From the IMG/VR virus record IMGVR_UViG_2541047881_000004, positions 1 to 44,376 of that record: a stretch of DNA of 44,376 bases; one strand, written 5' to 3'. Source of the DNA: a virus (lineage: Duplodnaviria; Heunggongvirae; Uroviricota; Caudoviricetes). The notes under the pieces are model-generated. The model saw only the letters and a list, made by a program, of their open reading frames with translations, had not been told where the DNA came from and did no database searches. Shown here piece by piece: positions 41,235-44,376 of the stretch; positions within the stretch are counted from its first letter, which is position 1, and every line of letters begins with the position of its first letter. Position numbers and translations under genes: made by a program.

Positions 41235-41486
41235 ATGGAATTTCATGAAAGTGCGATTTGTGATTTTCGCGCTAACGCAAATTCAGTAAAACCACAGCCA
41301 ATTGCAGTTCTTTTTAAAACAATGGGTGCGTGGGCTGTTTTATGCTTCGCCGCTGATGACACTGACGCAAGAATGGCAATAGGCCAAGAGATGGAGATGG
41401 ACCCGACAAACGATGAATTCATAATTTATGGCGCTCCATCTAATTACTTACTTGATACCTGCAACATTTACAACAAGGCTGCCTGA
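41235..41486 (+). CDS. Hypothetical protein (83 aa) immediately downstream of N
   Basis: ORF with GAGGTG RBS; no family recognised. Confidence 0.5.
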   Translation: MEFHESAICDFRANANSVKPQPIAVLFKTMGAWAVLCFAADDTDARMAIGQEMEMDPTNDEFIIYGAPSNYLLDTCNIYNKAA

Positions 41487-41622
41487 TGGTGGCCTTTATT
41501 TTTGGCATAAATAACAGAATAAACACTGCACTGTGTATTCATTCCAACGAGTGAATACACGGAGCAATGTCGCTCTTAACTAAACAGGAGCCGACTTGTT
41601 CTGATTATTGGAAATCTTCTTT

Positions 41623-41646
41623 GCCCTCCAGTGTGAGGGCTTTTTT
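41623..41646 (+). terminator. Intrinsic terminator in the pL operon (tL1-like)
   Basis: GCCCTC-CAGTGT-GAGGGC followed by TTTTTT. Confidence 0.7.
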
Positions 41647-41712
41647 ATATGCATACCAATAACGCTTCACTCGAGGCGTTTTCGTTATGCAATCAAATAT
41701 AAGGAGTTACCC

Positions 41713-41847
41713 ATGATGCACTTTCAGCTCGCGGGTAGCGGCGTCATGTCCGCTTTCTACCCGCACGAATCTGAATTATCACGCCGAGTTAAACAATTAA
41801 TCAGAGCAGCAAAGAAACAACTGGAGGCGTTATGCGCAATGAAATAG
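41713..41847 (+). CDS. Possible CIII-like small protein
   Basis: 44 aa from ATG 41713 (AAGGAG RBS 6 nt upstream): MMHFQLAGSGVMSAFYPHESELSRRVKQLIRAAKKQLEALCAMK; loosely resembles lambda CIII. Confidence 0.4.
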   Translation: MMHFQLAGSGVMSAFYPHESELSRRVKQLIRAAKKQLEALCAMK

Positions 41848-41984
41848 CCATCAATCACCAGATGCTTCGTGCAGCACAAAACAAAGCAGTAATAGCCAGA
41901 TTTATTGGTGATTCCAAAATGTGGCTTGAAGCAAATAAAGCGATGAAATCAGCTATCAACCTTCCGTGGTATCGCAGGAAATGA
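41832..41984 (+). CDS. kil: Kil-like small protein (host cell-division inhibitor family)
   Basis: 50-aa ORF below the track cutoff: MRNEIAINHQMLRAAQNKAVIARFIGDSKMWLEANKAMKSAINLPWYRRK; the segment IARFIGDSKMW resembles lambda Kil as I recall it; GGAGG RBS. Confidence 0.45.
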   Translation: MRNEIAINHQMLRAAQNKAVIARFIGDSKMWLEANKAMKSAINLPWYRRK

Positions 41985-42240
41985 GTTTTACAGATAACTG
42001 GTCAGACGAAGAATTCATTCGTCAGATGAAAGAATTAATCGGTAACGAAGGAGATATTCATGTCACTTGCAACCACAGTGAAGGAGAGCAAGTTACAGAG
42101 GCGCATGTACACGCAGCAGGCGTAAATGTATCGCCAGAAGGGAGATCGTGAAGGTGTTCGCGTATTTTTAAATGCGGCAAAGACTGAAGTATTAAATCAG
42201 CGTTATTTCCTTGGGCCATGTCCATTCTGAGAACAATCAT

Positions 42241-42846
42241 ATGAGCAAAGAATTTTACGCAAGACTGGCAGCTATTCAGGAGAATCTGAACGCGCCAAAG
42301 AATCAATACAACTCATTCGGCAAATATAAATACAGAAGCTGCGAAGACATTCTTGAGGGTGTTAAGCCGTTACTGAATGGCCTGTTTTTATCAATCAGCG
42401 ATGAAGTTGTGTTGATTGGTGAACGGTATTACGTGAAAGCCACGGCAACTATTACTGATGGCGAAAACAGTCATACAGCAACCGCTCTTGCACGAGAGGA
42501 AGAAAGCAAGAAAGGAATGGATTCTGCACAAGTTACGGGAGCCACAAGCTCTTATGCACGCAAGTATTGCCTCAATGGTTTGTTCGGCATTGATGATGCG
42601 AAAGATGCAGATACAGACGAGCATAAACATCAGCAGAACGCAGCAGCAAAGCAATCAAAACCATCACCTACACCTGAACAGGTTCTAAAAGCATTCACTG
42701 ACGCAGCAATGCAGAAAAACACCGTAGAAGAGCTTAAACAGGCGTTCGCCAAAGCGTGGAAGATGCTCGAAGGCACACCGGAGCAGCACAAAGCGCAGGA
42801 CGTTTACAACATCAGACGAGACGAATTAGAAGGAGCGGCTGCTTAA
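42241..42846 (+). CDS. erf: ERF-family single-strand annealing recombinase
   Basis: Start at MSKEFYARLAAIQENLNAPKNQYNSFGKYKYRSCEDILEGVKPLL..., typical of the P22 Erf superfamily; takes the place of lambda exo/bet. Confidence 0.7.
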   Translation: MSKEFYARLAAIQENLNAPKNQYNSFGKYKYRSCEDILEGVKPLLNGLFLSISDEVVLIGERYYVKATATITDGENSHTATALAREEESKKGMDSAQVTGATSSYARKYCLNGLFGIDDAKDADTDEHKHQQNAAAKQSKPSPTPEQVLKAFTDAAMQKNTVEELKQAFAKAWKMLEGTPEQHKAQDVYNIRRDELEGAAA

Positions 42847-43229
42847 TGGCACATTCGATTACTGTAAGACTAAACAAGCCCGCAAGAGAGTTTCAGGCCG
42901 GGGAAAATATCGGATTCAACATCCGTGCTGGCGTTCAGTATTACGATCGCCAGACAAAAAAGAAAGAATGGACAAACTACAGCGCCGTTGTATTTGCCAA
43001 GCCGGGAGCGCAAGCGGATTACTACCGTAGTGTTCTTGTTGAAGGTGGCATTGTTGAAATTACCGGAGAAAACATCAGGGTTGATGTTTATCAGGGGCAA
43101 AATGGTCAATCAATCAATCTTGAATTACTGAATGCAAAGATTGGATTTGCAACTTCAGGAAACAGCCAACAGCAGCAAAGTAGCAATCATCAAAATCATC
43201 CTGAATACGACGATTCAATTCCCTTCTAG
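42846..43229 (+). CDS. ssb: Phage single-stranded DNA-binding protein with acidic C-terminal tail
   Basis: 127 aa; OB-fold-like N-terminal region and C-terminal ...PEYDDSIPF (compare the DDDIPF tip of E. coli SSB); TAATG overlap with the erf stop. Confidence 0.7.
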   Translation: MAHSITVRLNKPAREFQAGENIGFNIRAGVQYYDRQTKKKEWTNYSAVVFAKPGAQADYYRSVLVEGGIVEITGENIRVDVYQGQNGQSINLELLNAKIGFATSGNSQQQQSSNHQNHPEYDDSIPF

Positions 43230-43252
43230 ATTTGCAAAATAAGGATTCCATT

Positions 43253-43546
43253 ATGCCAGCGCCTCTGTATGGTGCGGATGACCCGCGCCGCTGTTCCGGC
43301 AATTCCGTATCGGAGGTGCTGGATAAATTCAGAAAAAACTACGATCGGATAATGTCGCTACCGCAGGAAACGAAAAAGGAAAAGGAATTTCGCCACTGTA
43401 TATGGCTTGCAGAGAAAGAAGAACGCGAGCGAATTTACCAGACATCAATCCGACCATTCCGCAAAGCCACATATACCCACTTCCCTGAAATTGACCCGCG
43501 CCTGCGTAATTACCGCTCACGCTATGGCGCTATCAGTAATGACTGA
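43253..43546 (+). CDS. Hypothetical protein (97 aa)
   Basis: ATG 43253 with AAGGA RBS; no family recognised. Confidence 0.5.
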   Translation: MPAPLYGADDPRRCSGNSVSEVLDKFRKNYDRIMSLPQETKKEKEFRHCIWLAEKEERERIYQTSIRPFRKATYTHFPEIDPRLRNYRSRYGAISND

Positions 43547-43556
43547 GGAATTTACC

Positions 43557-43724
43557 ATGAGAGGACTTGCATACAATCCCGGCATTCTTCCGGCAGAAAT
43601 GATTATTCGCCAGCGCGTAAAGCCAATGCCATCGAGAGAGGAATTGCTTAAGAGAAATTCTTTTCCGTCAGTAAATCAAAACAAATATCTGAATGCGATG
43701 TGGCGTAAAGGAGGCAAGCAGTGA
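43557..43724 (+). CDS. Hypothetical small protein (55 aa)
   Basis: ATG 43557 with GAGGAA RBS; stop overlaps the next start (GTGA). Confidence 0.4.
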   Translation: MRGLAYNPGILPAEMIIRQRVKPMPSREELLKRNSFPSVNQNKYLNAMWRKGGKQ

Positions 43725-44020
43725 GTGTATGTCTTATTGATAAACGTCGACGTGGGCAACAAATATCATCTGTTGGAATGCCGAATCACACATGGTTTTG
43801 CGTACTTGATATCGATGGTATGGATGCGTTGGTTGACACTCGTCATTACTGCGATACCGCAACAGCTACTCCGGCGAAAGCAAAGAAAATGGCTGCTCTG
43901 ATAGAAAACTGGACTCCACCTGATGGTTGGTGCAATGGGAATGATCGAGATTGGCACGAAAAAATGAAGGGCTATATCTGCGATTTTTTACGTAAATGCA
44001 ACGGATTCAGGGTGATGTGA
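43721..44020 (+). CDS. Hypothetical Cys-rich protein (99 aa)
   Basis: GTG start overlapping the upstream stop; no family recognised. Confidence 0.45.
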   Translation: MSVCLIDKRRRGQQISSVGMPNHTWFCVLDIDGMDALVDTRHYCDTATATPAKAKKMAALIENWTPPDGWCNGNDRDWHEKMKGYICDFLRKCNGFRVM

Positions 44021-44184
44021 TATGACCAAAATTAACTATCAGGCACTGCGTGAGATAGCAAAGCACCAGAGACTTACAGAAGAATCAGCGAGCTACGCAA
44101 GGACTAACGCCTCACACTCGATTAGGCCTGTACATATCTGATAGAGCCGCTATATGGCGGTTTTTTCTTGCCTGGAGAATTAAG

Positions 44185-44376
44185 ATGACCGATACCAGCC
44201 TGATTCCTGAGAAAGAAGTGATGAACAAGCTCGGTGTTTCATCACGTCAGACAATCTGGAACTATACCAAACGGCACGGATTTCCGAAGCCAGTCAGAAC
44301 CCACCCCAAATCATACCTTCGTGAAGCTGTTGAGTGGTGGATTCTTAACGGTGGCGTTAATCAGAAATGCTCCTGA
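44185..44376 (+). CDS. AlpA / excisionase-like small DNA-binding protein
   Basis: 63 aa, ...MNKLGVSSRQTIWNYTKRHGFPKPVRTHPKSYLREAVEWWIL, AlpA/Xis-family HTH; GGAGAA RBS; stop codon is the last triplet of the window; an integrase would be expected just beyond. Confidence 0.65.
   Translation: MTDTSLIPEKEVMNKLGVSSRQTIWNYTKRHGFPKPVRTHPKSYLREAVEWWILNGGVNQKCS

Overview
Almost the whole window is one lambdoid prophage, lying inverted relative to the usual lambda map and bounded on the left by a partial IS2. No homology search could be run; all family assignments rest on reading the translated ORFs and comparing them with protein sequences and sites recalled from memory. Layout: the late operon is on the minus strand and reads, from high to low coordinate, Q - S/R/Rz/Rz1 - cos - Nu1/A/W/B/C/Nu3/D/E/FI/FII/Z/U/V/G-T/H/M/L/K/I/J - lom - stf. 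These proteins match phage lambda closely as I recall them. The early modules are not lambda-like: a cI with a lambda-type C-terminal domain but a different DNA-binding domain, a phage-21-like N with two nut sites, a DnaB-family helicase in place of P, and Erf plus SSB in place of exo/bet. Three accessory insertions stand out. (1) A three-ORF cassette of unknown function sits directly downstream of cI in the position rexAB holds in lambda (39219-40471); this is my best candidate for an undescribed lysogen-expressed exclusion or defence system. (2) A P22 immI-like module (mnt, arc, ant and a sar-like antisense RNA) is inserted between tail genes L and K and is flanked by terminators. (3) The lambda bor slot downstream of Rz holds a KilA-N-domain gene and an 85-aa gene instead. 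The left end looks decayed: a truncated invertase, leftover tail-fibre cassettes and IS2. The cosN cohesive-end sequence differs from canonical lambda at 5 of 12 positions, if my recollection of the lambda end is right. Start codons of several genes are inferred from ribosome-binding sites and lambda gene lengths and may be off by a few codons.
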